DNA of 64,000 bases from Spirochaetota bacterium (GCA_963664815.2 CAXXHB010000003.1:3328001-3392000); one strand, 5' to 3'; counted from the stretch's first letter, positions 49,667 through 61,087 are shown. Numbers and translations are program-made. Notes: generated by a model not told the origin, from the sequence alone.

Positions 49667-51325
49667 TCACCTTTTTAATTTAACAAGAGACGGAAGATAG
49701 TCTTCCGGCGCATCATATCCAAGCATGTTAAGAAGCGTTGCTGCCACATTACCCAAACCGGGATCTTTGACCTCTTTGTCAAGCTCATACTCACCATTAA
49801 ACTGCGGATCATATATAATAAAAGGAACAGGATTAAGCGTATGTGAGGTTTTATTCTTTAATTTCCCGGTTTGAGCATCCTTTTCAAATGCACCGGTCTT
49901 TGCATTTATTTCAAACATCTCGTCAAGATTGCCATGATCCGCGGTTATAATAGCCATGCCTCCGTTTTTTTCAACAACCTCCAGAAGCCTTTTCAATGAC
50001 AGGTCAACAGTTTCAGCAGCTATTACAGCCGCTTCCAGGTCACCGGTATGGCCTACCATATCTCCATTGGGGTAATTCAACCTGATAAATTCAAAACCTC
50101 CGGTTTCAATTACTTCAATCACCTTGTCTGTAATCTCAGCAGCCTTCATCCAGGGCCTTTCATTAAACTCCACCCTGTCTGACGGCACTTCAAAGTAAGT
50201 CTCCATTTCCGGATTAAACTTTTCAGTCCTGTTGCCGTTCCAGAAATATGTTACATGCCCGAACTTCTGAGTCTCGGAAATGGCATACTGTTTAACGCCC
50301 GATCCGGCAAGATATTCACTCACTGTCCTGTCTATATGCGGAGGGAACACAAGAAATTTTTCCGGTATCCTGAGATCGCCGTCATACTGCATCATCCCGG
50401 CAAAAACTACATCGGGCCGTCTTTCCCTGTCGAAGAACCTGAAGTCCTTCTTTTCGAAAGCCTTGGTAATCTCTATTGCCCTGTCCCCGCGGAAATTAAA
50501 AAATATCACGGAATCACCGTCATCGATTGTACCGACAGGTCCATTGTCCCCGGTGATCGTGAATGACGGCAGGTACTGGTCTGTTATACCATGTTCCTCT
50601 TTCCGGAATGTTTCAATTGCTTCTGTTGCAGATTTAAAGGGCCTCGCCTTGCCGAGCACATGGGCATCCCAGCCTCTTTTTACTATCTCCCAGTCAGCCT
50701 CGTACCTGTCCATGGTGGTAACCATTCTACCCCCTCCGGATGCTACGCGGAAATTCAGTCCCTTCGACCGGAAGGTATCAAGAAAATCCTCAAGCTGTTT
50801 TACATAGACAAGGGCTGAAGTTTCGGGAACATCACGTCCGTCAAGCAGGATGTGCAGCATAAGATTTTTAACTCCATCCTCCCCGGCTTTTGCTATGACT
50901 TTAAAAAGCTGTTCCACATGTGAATGGACATTTCCATCTGAAAGAAGGCCGATAAAATGAAGTTTTTTCCCCTCATTCACAGGTTTAGACATAAGTTCTT
51001 TCCAGATTGGGGTAGTGAAAACTTCTCCGGAGGCAATAGCTCCCGTGACAAGTTTTGACCCCTGGTCAAATATTCTTCCCGCGCCCAGCGCATTATGGCC
51101 CACTTCGGAATTACCCATATCAGCGTCGCTTGGAAGCCCTACAGCCGTGCCGTGCGCCTTTAAAATTGTATAAGGGAAGGTTTTTATAAGCGTGCTGAGG
51201 TTAGGAGTCCTTGCAAGAAAAAAAGCATTCCCCTCGTTTTCCTTCCCGATTCCCACGCCATCCATAATTACCAGGACAAGAGGGCCTTTACGTTTAACTA
51301 TATCATTTTTAACAAGCGTATTCAT
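49667..51325 (-). CDS. gpmI: 2,3-bisphosphoglycerate-independent phosphoglycerate mutase
   Basis: MGNSEVGH, SDGNVHS, LDGRD, NFRGDR, DMVGHTG, TADHGN and TSHT motifs. Confidence 0.97.
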   Translation of the reverse strand: MNTLVKNDIVKRKGPLVLVIMDGVGIGKENEGNAFFLARTPNLSTLIKTFPYTILKAHGTAVGLPSDADMGNSEVGHNALGAGRIFDQGSKLVTGAIASGEVFTTPIWKELMSKPVNEGKKLHFIGLLSDGNVHSHVEQLFKVIAKAGEDGVKNLMLHILLDGRDVPETSALVYVKQLEDFLDTFRSKGLNFRVASGGGRMVTTMDRYEADWEIVKRGWDAHVLGKARPFKSATEAIETFRKEEHGITDQYLPSFTITGDNGPVGTIDDGDSVIFFNFRGDRAIEITKAFEKKDFRFFDRERRPDVVFAGMMQYDGDLRIPEKFLVFPPHIDRTVSEYLAGSGVKQYAISETQKFGHVTYFWNGNRTEKFNPEMETYFEVPSDRVEFNERPWMKAAEITDKVIEVIETGGFEFIRLNYPNGDMVGHTGDLEAAVIAAETVDLSLKRLLEVVEKNGGMAIITADHGNLDEMFEINAKTGAFEKDAQTGKLKNKTSHTLNPVPFIIYDPQFNGEYELDKEVKDPGLGNVAATLLNMLGYDAPEDYLPSLVKLKR

Positions 51326-51496
51326 ACTATTCTCCTTTTGAAGCTGAATATAACTGTGCATTTATTGATTTGCCCGCCAGGGGTGTGCCGCTGTCTGTAT
51401 TAAGCCTGTCGAAATGAACCAATTGCACAAATCCTGCAGAAATGCCGGAGTTGTGCAATAGAGCTGACGGAAATATGAAGCGGAAATTATAACAGC

Positions 51497-51793
51497 TCAG
51501 CCGAGAAGAAAGTCATCAAGCCCCGCAAGCTCTATGACCCTGAGAATGCTCTCATTGTAATTTACAAGCTTCATATCACGCCCTGCAGCTTTCAGATTTC
51601 TTTTAAATCTTATGAATGCCGCCAGGGATGTTGAATCCAGCATACCAAGCTCATTCAAATCAAGTACCAGATCACGCCCATCGCTTTTAATAAAATCGTT
51701 AACCTTCTGTTCAAGTAAATTAATCTGCGAACTATCTCCTTTTTTCTTGATTATAATTAGCCTTTCATTGTCAGAATCTTTTATTTCAAACAT
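51497..51793 (-). CDS. STAS-domain anti-anti-sigma factor
   Basis: LVLDLNELGMLDSTSLAAF...VIELAGL. Confidence 0.85.
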   Translation of the reverse strand: MFEIKDSDNERLIIIKKKGDSSQINLLEQKVNDFIKSDGRDLVLDLNELGMLDSTSLAAFIRFKRNLKAAGRDMKLVNYNESILRVIELAGLDDFLLG

Positions 51794-51854
51794 AAATCCT
51801 CAATTTAGCTTTATATTAGCTTTATATTAACTTTCAATAATAATTCCTGAACTT

Positions 51855-51968
51855 TTTATTTATATAAAATTTTCTATTTTCCCCGCCGCCGAAAGCGGCA
51901 GTGAAAATTAATCGTTTATTTTATACAAAATATATGTTAAGAATTTTATGTTGATTAATTTTATATTC
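51855..51968. repeat. Dispersed hairpin-containing repeat, copy B (inverted relative to copy A)
   Basis: The reverse complement reads TATAAAATAAACGATTAATTTTCACTGCCGCTTTCGGCGGCGGGGAAAATAGA. Confidence 0.7.
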
Positions 51969-52109
51969 TGTCTGCTCAAATTTCCTGCCAACTTTCTTTA
52001 ATTATCGACTTTCTGCAATCAGGATAACATTAACTCACTACAACATTCCATAGAGTTAACACTTTTATAATATCGCAAATCAAGTCAAATAAATATTTTT
52101 TTTCTTGAC

Positions 52110-52161
52110 ATTAAGCCTTAATAATTTAATTAACCAGTTAATTAAATTATTAAGGCTTAAT
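52110..52161. promoter_or_regulatory. Perfect inverted repeat with 25-bp arms (probable TetR operator) next to TTGACA
   Basis: ATTAAGCCTTAATAATTTAATTAAC-CA-GTTAATTAAATTATTAAGGCTTAAT, directly before the tetR ATG. Confidence 0.8.
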
Positions 52162-52162
52162 T

Positions 52163-52894
52163 ATGACTAAACAAACTAAAGACAGTGAAGAGACAAAAAG
52201 GAAAATAATCCATGCCGCCAAAAGTGAGTTTGCCGATAAGGGATTCAGCGGCGCAAGGATGAGCTCAATAGCGTCAATCGCAGGGGTAAATCAGGCTCTG
52301 CTTCACTATCATTTTGAAAGTAAAGAAAATCTCTACGTCAGTATCTTCCATTATTTCGCAGGTGACTCATCCACCAAATATGCCGAATTAATTAATGCTG
52401 AAATTGATTCATGGAATGTCACACTTGATGAGAAGCTTGCTGCAATTATATACCTGCTGATAGGGATCCATCTTGAAACTCATGATGATGATCTTAACAA
52501 GATCTTTGCGAGAGAAATTGCAGAGGGGAGCGGAATTTTACATGAATTCGTAAAAAAGTATATGCTCCCCCGTTTGTCCATAATAGAAGAAATAATACAG
52601 GAAGGTATAGTCAGGGGTTTTTTTGAAATATCCAATACAAAATTGTTTACACTTAATATACTCTGCTTTATTACTGATTTTATTCATGGTGAGGAGTTTC
52701 TGAAAGGAACTGAATGGCACGACAGGCTTTACCTTAACAGGAAAGAGACTCTTTATAATTATATGCTGGAGCAATCATTCAAAACTCTTCGCCCGGCAAA
52801 CAAAGAACTTAAAATTCCGCAGCTTGATAATGAAAAGATGAGCAGGATGGATTTTTATGTTAAATTGATAAATGATTACATGTCACATATATAA
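52163..52894 (+). CDS. TetR/AcrR family regulator
   Basis: AAKSEFADKGFSGARMSSIASIAGVNQALLHYHFESKENL. Confidence 0.93.
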   Translation: MTKQTKDSEETKRKIIHAAKSEFADKGFSGARMSSIASIAGVNQALLHYHFESKENLYVSIFHYFAGDSSTKYAELINAEIDSWNVTLDEKLAAIIYLLIGIHLETHDDDLNKIFAREIAEGSGILHEFVKKYMLPRLSIIEEIIQEGIVRGFFEISNTKLFTLNILCFITDFIHGEEFLKGTEWHDRLYLNRKETLYNYMLEQSFKTLRPANKELKIPQLDNEKMSRMDFYVKLINDYMSHI

Positions 52895-52909
52895 GGGAAG
52901 GGGATAAAA

Positions 52910-54481
52910 ATGAGAATTAAAAAAATTTTAGTGCTTATAACGGCAATTTCATTGCTGACATCTTCCATGGGATTCTCTCAGGAAAATGTCTCCAAAATCA
53001 GCAACAAGCCTATAGACATTGAACTTTCTGACGAAGCCGCAATAGTAATCGGCGGATTCCGCATTACTCTTGCCGAGGCGATAAAAAAAGCTATTGAGAA
53101 TAACCATGACATTCTCTCCGGAAAATATGACGTTGCTATGAGCGACACCTACTACGAAAAATTTCAGTCAAAATACACAACATATTTCAGCGCAGGCGGC
53201 GGAGTATCATCAACTGACTATCCTGAGATGATGCAAAGCACCAGCACCCCGAAGAATAAAAAAGAGGTGGATCTTTCAGCCTCACTGACAAAATCTTTTT
53301 CTACAGGAACTACCGTCACAGGGGGGGTGACAAACACAAAGAGTAAATACACCGGGTTAAAGATATCCAGTACTTCAGACTACAGGATTGATGTAGATGC
53401 AAATAATCCTGTAGCTTTCGTATCACTGGAGCAGGAGCTTCTTAAAAATTCTTTCGGGTACAGCGACAGGAAGCAGGAACAGATTTTAAAAAACACGGCG
53501 CAGATGCAGAAAGATGAAATTATCTACGGCTTGTCTCTTGTAGTGGTGGGTGTAATTGTCGATTACTGGAATGTAATTGTTACCAAGACCCAGCTTGACA
53601 ATTCAGCGCTGATGCTCCAGGAAACGCGAAAGGTAAGGCGAATCATAGCGGACAACGTAAATCTCGGACTTGCCGAACAGTTTGAACTGAACTACTGGAA
53701 TTCACTCATTGCATCATCCGAAGCGGCAGTAACACAGTCTGAACAGCAGTACAGGGATGCCCTGAGAAAATTTCTTCAGACTGTTAATATGGCGGGGGAA
53801 ATTACAATGCAGGAGAAGGCAATTCTGCAGAATAAAGTCCCTGAAATCAACAGTGAAGAAGCAATAAAGAAGGCTTATGCAAAAAGGGCTGATTACCTCA
53901 ACGCGGTTAAAACCCTTGAAAATGCCAGGCTTCAGCTTGACATAGACGGCAACGGCGCTCTTCCTTCACTCAAGGGGAGCCTTACTGTTTCCTCAATGGA
54001 TTATAATGATAAATCCGGCGAGTCGTATTCAAATACTGCAAAGGGAAAATACCCTTCATATGAAGCTCAGGTAAAACTCACATATCCCCTTGATGACAGC
54101 GGCCAGAAAGTAAGTGAAAGGAACTCAAGATGGAAAGTCGAACAGGCCAAATTTCAGCTTGAAAAATATGGAAGAATTGTAAAAGATGATGTCACTTCCA
54201 AGATCGAAAAGATCAATACAAACTACAAGCTTTACCAGAAGGCCAGGGAAGCGAGAATACAGGCAGAAATATACTACGGGAAAATGCTTATAAATCTCCG
54301 CAGGGGACGTTTAACTGCGGCTGTAGTCCGAAATTCCCTTGATGCGCTGGTTAACAGCAGGGAACAGGAACTTAAGGTTCTTGTATTGTTTAACGCATCA
54401 CTTCTTGAATTTGAAGTGGCCAAAAATGAACTTTTCGATACTTATAAAATCGATGTGGACAAATATATACCCAAAAAGTAA
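52910..54481 (+). CDS. TolC-family outer membrane efflux protein
   Basis: Signal peptide, ITLAEAIKKAIENN and two OEP-like repeats. Confidence 0.85.
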   Translation: MRIKKILVLITAISLLTSSMGFSQENVSKISNKPIDIELSDEAAIVIGGFRITLAEAIKKAIENNHDILSGKYDVAMSDTYYEKFQSKYTTYFSAGGGVSSTDYPEMMQSTSTPKNKKEVDLSASLTKSFSTGTTVTGGVTNTKSKYTGLKISSTSDYRIDVDANNPVAFVSLEQELLKNSFGYSDRKQEQILKNTAQMQKDEIIYGLSLVVVGVIVDYWNVIVTKTQLDNSALMLQETRKVRRIIADNVNLGLAEQFELNYWNSLIASSEAAVTQSEQQYRDALRKFLQTVNMAGEITMQEKAILQNKVPEINSEEAIKKAYAKRADYLNAVKTLENARLQLDIDGNGALPSLKGSLTVSSMDYNDKSGESYSNTAKGKYPSYEAQVKLTYPLDDSGQKVSERNSRWKVEQAKFQLEKYGRIVKDDVTSKIEKINTNYKLYQKAREARIQAEIYYGKMLINLRRGRLTAAVVRNSLDALVNSREQELKVLVLFNASLLEFEVAKNELFDTYKIDVDKYIPKK

Positions 54482-54519
54482 AAAACTGCGTTAAAAAAGA
54501 TCACCGGTGTTAAATTTCA

Positions 54520-54578
54520 GACTAAAACAGACAAAGATATCTCCCCACCGCTGAAGGCGGTGGGGAGAATAGAGTGCT
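54520..54578. repeat. Dispersed hairpin-containing repeat, copy C
   Basis: TCTCCCCACCGC-tgaag-GCGGTGGGGAGA (54540-54568), with compensatory changes relative to copy A. Confidence 0.7.
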
Positions 54579-54583
54579 TCTTA

Positions 54584-54850
54584 GTAACTGCATATGATGT
54601 GAAGGGTAAAGATCTTTTTCTTGCAGAGCTTATGGATAATCATAACAGGGAAGTGATTGGGAAAGCGGTGTCTGATAAAAAAGATACAGCTCTTGTGCTA
54701 AGCGTTCTAGAAGACGCAAATCGCAATTGAGATTTAAAAGGCTGCATTCATCATACCGATGCCGATGCACGTTATTCTCCAAAAGCTTGCATCGACCGGC
54801 TTGATGACATTGGAATGAAAATCTCGATGTGCGTTGGCAATGCCTATTAA
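54584..54850 (+). pseudogene. IS3-family integrase core fragment
   Basis: My translation is ...FLAELMDNHNREVIG...*DLKGCIHHTDADARY...ISMCVGNAY*, with an in-frame TGA at 54728. Confidence 0.7.
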
Positions 54851-55184
54851 ATGTTCAGGTACATTGAGGTTTATAATAATTACAGACCCCATTTTTCTAT
54901 CGTAAATATGACTCAAGTGGGATATAGAATGGCTCTTGAAGGTAACAAAAATAATAAAAATAACTTTACATTTTTAAGTTGAGATGGTAATAGAGGCTTT
55001 ACTGATTAAGATTACTTTCTTTCAACAGTTTTCTTCTGGAATACCAAAGAAAGCAGTAAACATATCCTCCCCTGATTTATAATTCTTTTTTGCATATGGA
55101 ACCTTTTACAAAATTCCTGGGTCTAAAACTTGTTGCTATTAGTGTTTGTTTTTAAAATCAACAAAATAGATACAGGAGAAAAAT

Positions 55185-56108
55185 ATGAAAAAGTTTATGC
55201 CGGTATTGATATGTTTTACTCTTATTATGATTTTATCCTCCCCAGAAGGCGGACTTTCCGCAAAGATTGTAGATTCCTCCGGTCATGCTCCAAACCTGTT
55301 TTTGACACCTCCAATTCCGCTTTGGCATGAAGAATATTCCGGTGGAAGTTCTATGCCACTTACTGCCGGATATGTGATGACAGACGGTGACGGCATATCT
55401 TTAAAGGGGGGAATGTTTTCTTTTGGTGGCGGAGGAGGAATTAGTAAATATATCGGCATGAATTTCGGATTCGGGATGCTGTTTGAAAAGGGTGATGCGG
55501 CTCCATACCTGTATGATGTAACTGTCTGGAGCATACCATTTCAGCTATGTCTCACGGCCCAATTGGTCAGAGTAAAATATTTATCATTGATGATGTTTGG
55601 AGGCGGTAACTTGGGTTTCGGTGGTGTCTCTGCGGAACGCGTGGTAATGAGCGGAAATACATATGGCGGCAGCGAAGATAAAACAGATAACAGTGATTTC
55701 AGTGATGGCAATGGATTTGGCGGTTACATAGGTGGTATACAGGGCAGCCTCAAGGTTGCTGGCGTGGCATTAACACCGTTTTTTATGATGCAGCATGAAT
55801 ACCCGATATCTGGTCAGAAGGGTAACAATATAGTAGGTGATTCAAATACAGAGGATAGTGATTCAACCCAAAATGTGAATATTGCAGTTTCTTCACTGGT
55901 TAATAAATATTATGGACTGCGCTTAACGATAATCCCTGCACAGCTTGCTTTAAATGCCATGGTTCAGTCTGTCCCGGCAAATGGTGAAGTACCTTCATAT
56001 AAAACCACTTTCTTTTATATGACATATTATATCGGACAGTCCGAAAGCGATTATGTTCCTCCTGCGCCAAAAGAGAGATTGAATCCCGATGATTATCGTT
56101 CATTATAA
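55185..56108 (+). CDS. Exported Gly-rich hypothetical protein (possible beta-barrel)
   Basis: Signal peptide, AGGAG RBS and Gly/aromatic strands. Confidence 0.6.
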   Translation: MKKFMPVLICFTLIMILSSPEGGLSAKIVDSSGHAPNLFLTPPIPLWHEEYSGGSSMPLTAGYVMTDGDGISLKGGMFSFGGGGGISKYIGMNFGFGMLFEKGDAAPYLYDVTVWSIPFQLCLTAQLVRVKYLSLMMFGGGNLGFGGVSAERVVMSGNTYGGSEDKTDNSDFSDGNGFGGYIGGIQGSLKVAGVALTPFFMMQHEYPISGQKGNNIVGDSNTEDSDSTQNVNIAVSSLVNKYYGLRLTIIPAQLALNAMVQSVPANGEVPSYKTTFFYMTYYIGQSESDYVPPAPKERLNPDDYRSL

Positions 56109-56140
56109 ATTACATAATAATAACAACAGGAGAGATTAAA

Positions 56141-57046
56141 GTGAAAAAAAGAATATTAACCATAATGATATTTTCAGCTGTCTGTTTATTCCTTACAGGG
56201 TGTGTTTCTTCTCCGGATAAGGCTCCTGATAAGAAAAAGATATGGCCCTCCATGCTGGAAGATGACAGTACTTTTTATATGCCGCCCGCAAACCTTTACT
56301 CCCGTGAGAAGGCGGATGCTGTAATAAAAAACATGCTGCCCCAGATAAAAACTCTTATAAACGGCGACCAGGTTGCCCAGGCTGATTCCGTGGTTGTGGA
56401 TGGTGAATCTGTAAAGATAAGCTGGAAGTGGAACGAAACAGTTTCAGATACGACATACAGTACTGTGGAAGGCGGTGGCTACTCCTATGGGTATAACAGC
56501 GGATTGATATTTAATAAAAATACTGATAATGTCAGATCGGACACGTACAGAAAGGTGGAAAAGGGGGGTTTTACCATAATACAATTTGAGGATCTAGCAG
56601 CAATGTATTCGAAAAAGGCTTCTATCTGGTTTTCCATGAAGGGCGGTGATACTTATATGGTAATAATAGATAATGACTATAATCGCAAAAAATGGATGGA
56701 TGCCGTTTACTCGGCGACAAGGTCGCGCAACTATGATACAAGGGTAAGCTGGGGCATGACATACCAGACAGTGGACCTTACGGATGATCAGAAAGCTGAT
56801 TCGACAGTTGACAGTGGTGTTGTTATAACTTTCGTACAGAAAGGGAGCCCCGTCGATGCGGCATCACTTCAATATCTTGACATAATACAATCAGTAGATG
56901 GGAAGGAAGTGAATACAGTGAATGATTTTCAGAGATGCGTGAAGAACCTGAAAAGGGATAAAGTTTATTCTGTTGAAGCAGTGCGCTGGAAACGTAATGG
57001 AGAGAATGTAAAGAAGAGAAAAGTAAAAGTAAATATTGTACTCTGA
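56141..57046 (+). CDS. Lipoprotein with a C-terminal PDZ domain
   Basis: Lipobox LTGC and GVVITFVQKGSPVDAASLQYLDIIQSVDG. Confidence 0.8.
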   Translation: MKKRILTIMIFSAVCLFLTGCVSSPDKAPDKKKIWPSMLEDDSTFYMPPANLYSREKADAVIKNMLPQIKTLINGDQVAQADSVVVDGESVKISWKWNETVSDTTYSTVEGGGYSYGYNSGLIFNKNTDNVRSDTYRKVEKGGFTIIQFEDLAAMYSKKASIWFSMKGGDTYMVIIDNDYNRKKWMDAVYSATRSRNYDTRVSWGMTYQTVDLTDDQKADSTVDSGVVITFVQKGSPVDAASLQYLDIIQSVDGKEVNTVNDFQRCVKNLKRDKVYSVEAVRWKRNGENVKKRKVKVNIVL

Positions 57047-57185
57047 TATGGTTCTTGTAAAAAGAACTCCGTCGGTGTTTTACCATATCAGCAACTTTCA
57101 AGGGTGAGACCTTTTTTATAATCATATCGGACTGTATCGGAGGGTAATGTCAGATCTCTGTCGAGGCTGTAAATAAAGATTAATG

Positions 57186-58398
57186 GTAACTACTCCGCTA
57201 TAAAAAAAGGGGGGAATAATTTTTTACTATTAATTTAAGGATCATTTACAGTATGTTTCATGAAATAAGAAGATGCTGAAAAAATATATGATCTCAGCAA
57301 AGATGCGGTTGTTGACTTAATTCTACAGTTAGTTGACAGGATTGAAAAACTTGAGAGCCAAATAGAAAAGCTTGAAAGTAAATTGGTAAAGAATAGCCGT
57401 AACAGCAGCAAGCCGCTATCAAGCGATGGATTGAATAAAAAAACAGGACAAAGAGCCAGAGAAAAAAATCAGGCAGGAAAACCGGAGGGCAAAGGGAACT
57501 TTCCGGCCGGAATAACTCATAAGATTCAATATGGCAATTATCTGCGCGCGATTGCGATATATTTTAGAAATTATGAGTTGATACCAGTTGAGCGATCTGC
57601 TGAAATGTTTGAAGATATATTTTCAATTCCATTGAGTGATGGAACTATAGTTAATGCGACAAAAAAATGTGCTCAATCATTAGCGGGATTCCAGCGGTGG
57701 ATAAAAATAAACTAATTTGTTCAGAGATAGCATGTTTTGATGAAACTGGCGTAAACATTGAAAGGAAACTTCATTGGCTTCATAGTGCAGGAACTCCTTA
57801 GTTGACATCGTGTTTTGTTCATAAAAAGAGGGGGTCGGAAGCCTTTGTTTCTATGGGTATTATCCCGGAGTTTAATGGAATGGAAATAAATGATCGCAGT
57901 CATATTTCAAATATGACTGCGATCATTCACTATGTAATGCCCATCATTTGAGAGAATTAACCTTTGTATATGAACATCATTACCAGCTATGGGCAAAAAG
58001 TATGATTGGTTTTCTCTGTGAGGTCAAATGTAAAGTTGATGAGGTAGCCATATGGGAAAAACTAAAAGAACTGTCTTCGATGGAAAAATTCGAGAAAAGG
58101 TATAAACGCATTTTGAATGAAGGATTTAAGGAGAATCCACCTCCTGAACCGGAGAAGATAATAAGTCGTGGCAGAAAGAGGAAAGGAAAAGTATTGTGTT
58201 TATTGGAAAGATTGAGAGATTACCAAAAAGAAACATTACTTTTCAGATCATTTCGTGGTGCAGAACAATTTTGTCTTATAAGAAGTTTTATCTCCACTGT
58301 TAAAAAACAGGGCTTCAGTGTGATTGATGCTCTGGAAAGAATTCCGGAAGGAGAGCGGGCGTATCTTAATTTTTCCTTCCAAATAGCTGAGTAGTTAC
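57186..58398 (+). mobile_element. Degenerate IS66-family element
   Basis: Terminal inverted repeats GTAACTACTCCGCTAT / ATAGCTGAGTAGTTAC (15/16 match). Transposase fragments (KNSRNSSKPLSSD, FDETG, CNAHHLREL, FRSFRGAEQFC) carry stops, frameshifts and deletions. No 8-bp target duplication remains. Confidence 0.88.
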
Positions 58399-58519
58399 AT
58401 TTTCTATTATAAAACAGTACTGGGATTATTATTGAAAATTAATACTTGTCATACTATCCACTGCTTTATATATTCATAGCATATTAAAAATTCAGACACT
58501 CTTCCAGGATTTATTTTAT

Positions 58520-60064
58520 ATGAAATTTATTAACTCTTTTTTACTCAGATATGACAGCAATGAATACCTGCTTTATACCCGCGCCAGGCTGCTCTTAATA
58601 TTCCAGCTTATTCTTTTCATCGCAGTGGTTCTTCTCCAGTTCAGCATGCTCCTCGCAGGCTGGGAGGATTTCATTAAAACTCTTTTTATTACACCTTTCA
58701 TTTTTTTCGGCATGATTATCGGTATGACCCTTTTAAAAAAAGGAAATTACAATGCGGCATCAAAGCTTGTAATATCTGTCAGTTCCCTGGCTGTCATCGG
58801 CGGATTGATTCGTGAACCTTTCATGAATCCCGAGTTTGCCCTTTCAAGCTATATATTCTTTATCTACCCCTGCCTTGCCCTGTGTGTCGTATTCAGCACA
58901 ACAAGATTTCTGGCTGTAATTTGCGGGGCTTTCATTGCCACAGTTATTTCTATCTTCTTTATAATGAAGTCAATAGTTCCAGGCGTAAACATGAAACAGA
59001 TTATAATTTTCGCCAATAATACAACATTTTCTGTTATAATATTCTTTATAATTGCGCGCCTTATCTCAAAAATATTCACCCGCAACTTTGAGATTGCCGA
59101 GCTCGAGGCTGAAAAAAATATAAGAAATTATAACTTCATAAAAAAAGTTCTGGGGGATAACTCCTCTGCAATCATCTCTTCCATGGAAAAGATGTCATCA
59201 AAAAGCGATCTCTTCTCCAGAAATACACAGAACCTGGCTTCATCAATCGAGGAAATTACAGCTAACATTGAACAGATATCTGCCGGAATAGACAATGTTT
59301 CCTCTACTGCCGAGGTACAGAAAGGTGATGTCTCCTCGATGAGGGAAAAACTATCAGAACTTTCAGGCGTTATTTTACAGATGGGTAATATTATAAATGA
59401 TTCACTCACTGTCACAAAAGATATAACCGTCAAGGCGCGGGACGGAGAGAACTCCCTTAAAACAATGGAGAAGAATGTTGCTAAAATAAGGGAAAGTTCA
59501 CAGGAGATGACTACAATTGTCGGAATTATTAATGACATTTCAGACCAGATAAACCTTCTGTCTCTTAACGCGGCCATTGAAGCGGCCAGGGCAGGAGATG
59601 CGGGGAGAGGTTTTGCCGTTGTTGCCGACGAGATTTCAAAACTGGCCGACAGGACGGCATCAAGTATTAAAGATATAAAAATGCTGATTAATACAAATGA
59701 GAATGAAACACAGAAGGGGATGGATGTTATAAAGGAAACGGTCGTAATAATCAGCGCCATTGTCAGCGGTGTAAATGCAATAAACAGCAGAATTTCAAAC
59801 CTTGTCCAGTTCAGTGACAGGCAGAATGAAACAAATCTCTCTGTTACCGGGAGTGTCGGCAGCCTTGAAGAAAGATCAGGCCTCATTGCCTCTGCAGCCT
59901 TTGAACAGAAAAACGGAATCGATGAAATACTTCGGCATATATCTGAAATAAATGAAATCTCGATCTCAAATACAGCAGGTGCAGGAGAGCTCCATCTCGA
60001 TTCCGAAGAACTGGTTTCCCGGATGAACGGTTTTCAGAATATTATAGATGAATATAAGGGATAA
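58520..60064 (+). CDS. Methyl-accepting chemotaxis protein
   Basis: Multi-TM N-terminus and [34 protein letters not shown]. Confidence 0.95.
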   Translation: MKFINSFLLRYDSNEYLLYTRARLLLIFQLILFIAVVLLQFSMLLAGWEDFIKTLFITPFIFFGMIIGMTLLKKGNYNAASKLVISVSSLAVIGGLIREPFMNPEFALSSYIFFIYPCLALCVVFSTTRFLAVICGAFIATVISIFFIMKSIVPGVNMKQIIIFANNTTFSVIIFFIIARLISKIFTRNFEIAELEAEKNIRNYNFIKKVLGDNSSAIISSMEKMSSKSDLFSRNTQNLASSIEEITANIEQISAGIDNVSSTAEVQKGDVSSMREKLSELSGVILQMGNIINDSLTVTKDITVKARDGENSLKTMEKNVAKIRESSQEMTTIVGIINDISDQINLLSLNAAIEAARAGDAGRGFAVVADEISKLADRTASSIKDIKMLINTNENETQKGMDVIKETVVIISAIVSGVNAINSRISNLVQFSDRQNETNLSVTGSVGSLEERSGLIASAAFEQKNGIDEILRHISEINEISISNTAGAGELHLDSEELVSRMNGFQNIIDEYKG

Positions 60065-60262
60065 ACTTTATTCATATTCAGACCTGAACCCGCTTTACCA
60101 GATGGAGTGGCTGACAGGGCAGGGATTTTATGCCTATGTTATATCAGGTTAAATTCAGTAATAACGGCTACATGAAGGGTACTGAAATTTGACTTTATTA
60201 AAAAATACAACTAATTTATATTCAATAAATAACATCCATTACGTCTTTATTGAGAGGCACTC

Positions 60263-61087
60263 ATGTTTAAAAGAATAAACACCTTCATTATTATATCGGT
60301 CACCTTTATAATTTATACTTACCCTCAGGCAGCACATGCAGATACAGATCTCAGCGCCAATGCTGCTGAATACATCTGTACGAAGGCAAAGGAGGGAAAA
60401 AAAACACGGCTTGCAATTTATACATTCACAAACGACACTGGTGATACATCACCCGAATCAAAAGTTTACTCTACAAAGATTATGGCAATAATACTTGATA
60501 AAAAAGAGTTCAAAGTCATTGATCCTGAAAAAATACCTGAAGTTGTAAACGAACAGGAAAAAGGTTTAACCGGACTTATTGATCCGGAAACTGCCGCGGA
60601 AACGGGAAAACTGATCGGAGCTGATGCCCTGGTTTTCGGAGTTTCAGGCAAAGGCTCATTACAGGTTAGAATTATTGATGCCGCAACAGGTGAAGTACTC
60701 GGCGCAAAGCTTGAAGAAAACGGCGGTAAACCCACAATCAGCAATGAAGACTTCAAATCCCCTGAGGCAAAGAAAAAATTCATTGCCTTCGAGTTTGAGA
60801 GAGATCTTACCCAGTTATACCGCAAACGCCCGATGCTCTACCTGTATGTGACAGCTGATGAGAAGGAACTATCCGAACTGGAGGAAAATTTTCCGGAAGC
60901 GATTGAAAAACTAAAACTCCGTATCAATGAAAAAGATCCGAAAAAGAATGCAAAATTTGAAAGAAGGAAAAGGAATCTTTCAGGTTTCCGGAAGGAAAAT
61001 CCGGGTTTTGACAAACGTATCCGCAATTCCCGTAAAAGCCTTTTTGATCAACTCAAAAAGGAAAAAAACGGAAGAAGTCTTAAATAA
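60263..61087 (+). CDS. CsgG/FlgO-like exported protein
   Basis: Signal peptide, RLAIYTF...GLIDPETAAETGKLIGADALVFG...VRIIDAATGEV. Confidence 0.7.
   Translation: MFKRINTFIIISVTFIIYTYPQAAHADTDLSANAAEYICTKAKEGKKTRLAIYTFTNDTGDTSPESKVYSTKIMAIILDKKEFKVIDPEKIPEVVNEQEKGLTGLIDPETAAETGKLIGADALVFGVSGKGSLQVRIIDAATGEVLGAKLEENGGKPTISNEDFKSPEAKKKFIAFEFERDLTQLYRKRPMLYLYVTADEKELSELEENFPEAIEKLKLRINEKDPKKNAKFERRKRNLSGFRKENPGFDKRIRNSRKSLFDQLKKEKNGRSLK

Noticed and set aside
54728-54730. In-frame TGA as selenocysteine or recoding
   Set aside because: It lies in a decayed IS3 fragment that also lacks a start. Intact genes here use TGA as a stop, and the tRNA-Trp has a normal CCA anticodon.
59128-59886. Long antisense ORF (similar cases at 10804-11442, 46007-46711, 12559-13080 and 50280-50807)
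   Set aside because: These are shadows of well-supported genes on the opposite strand and show no motifs of their own.
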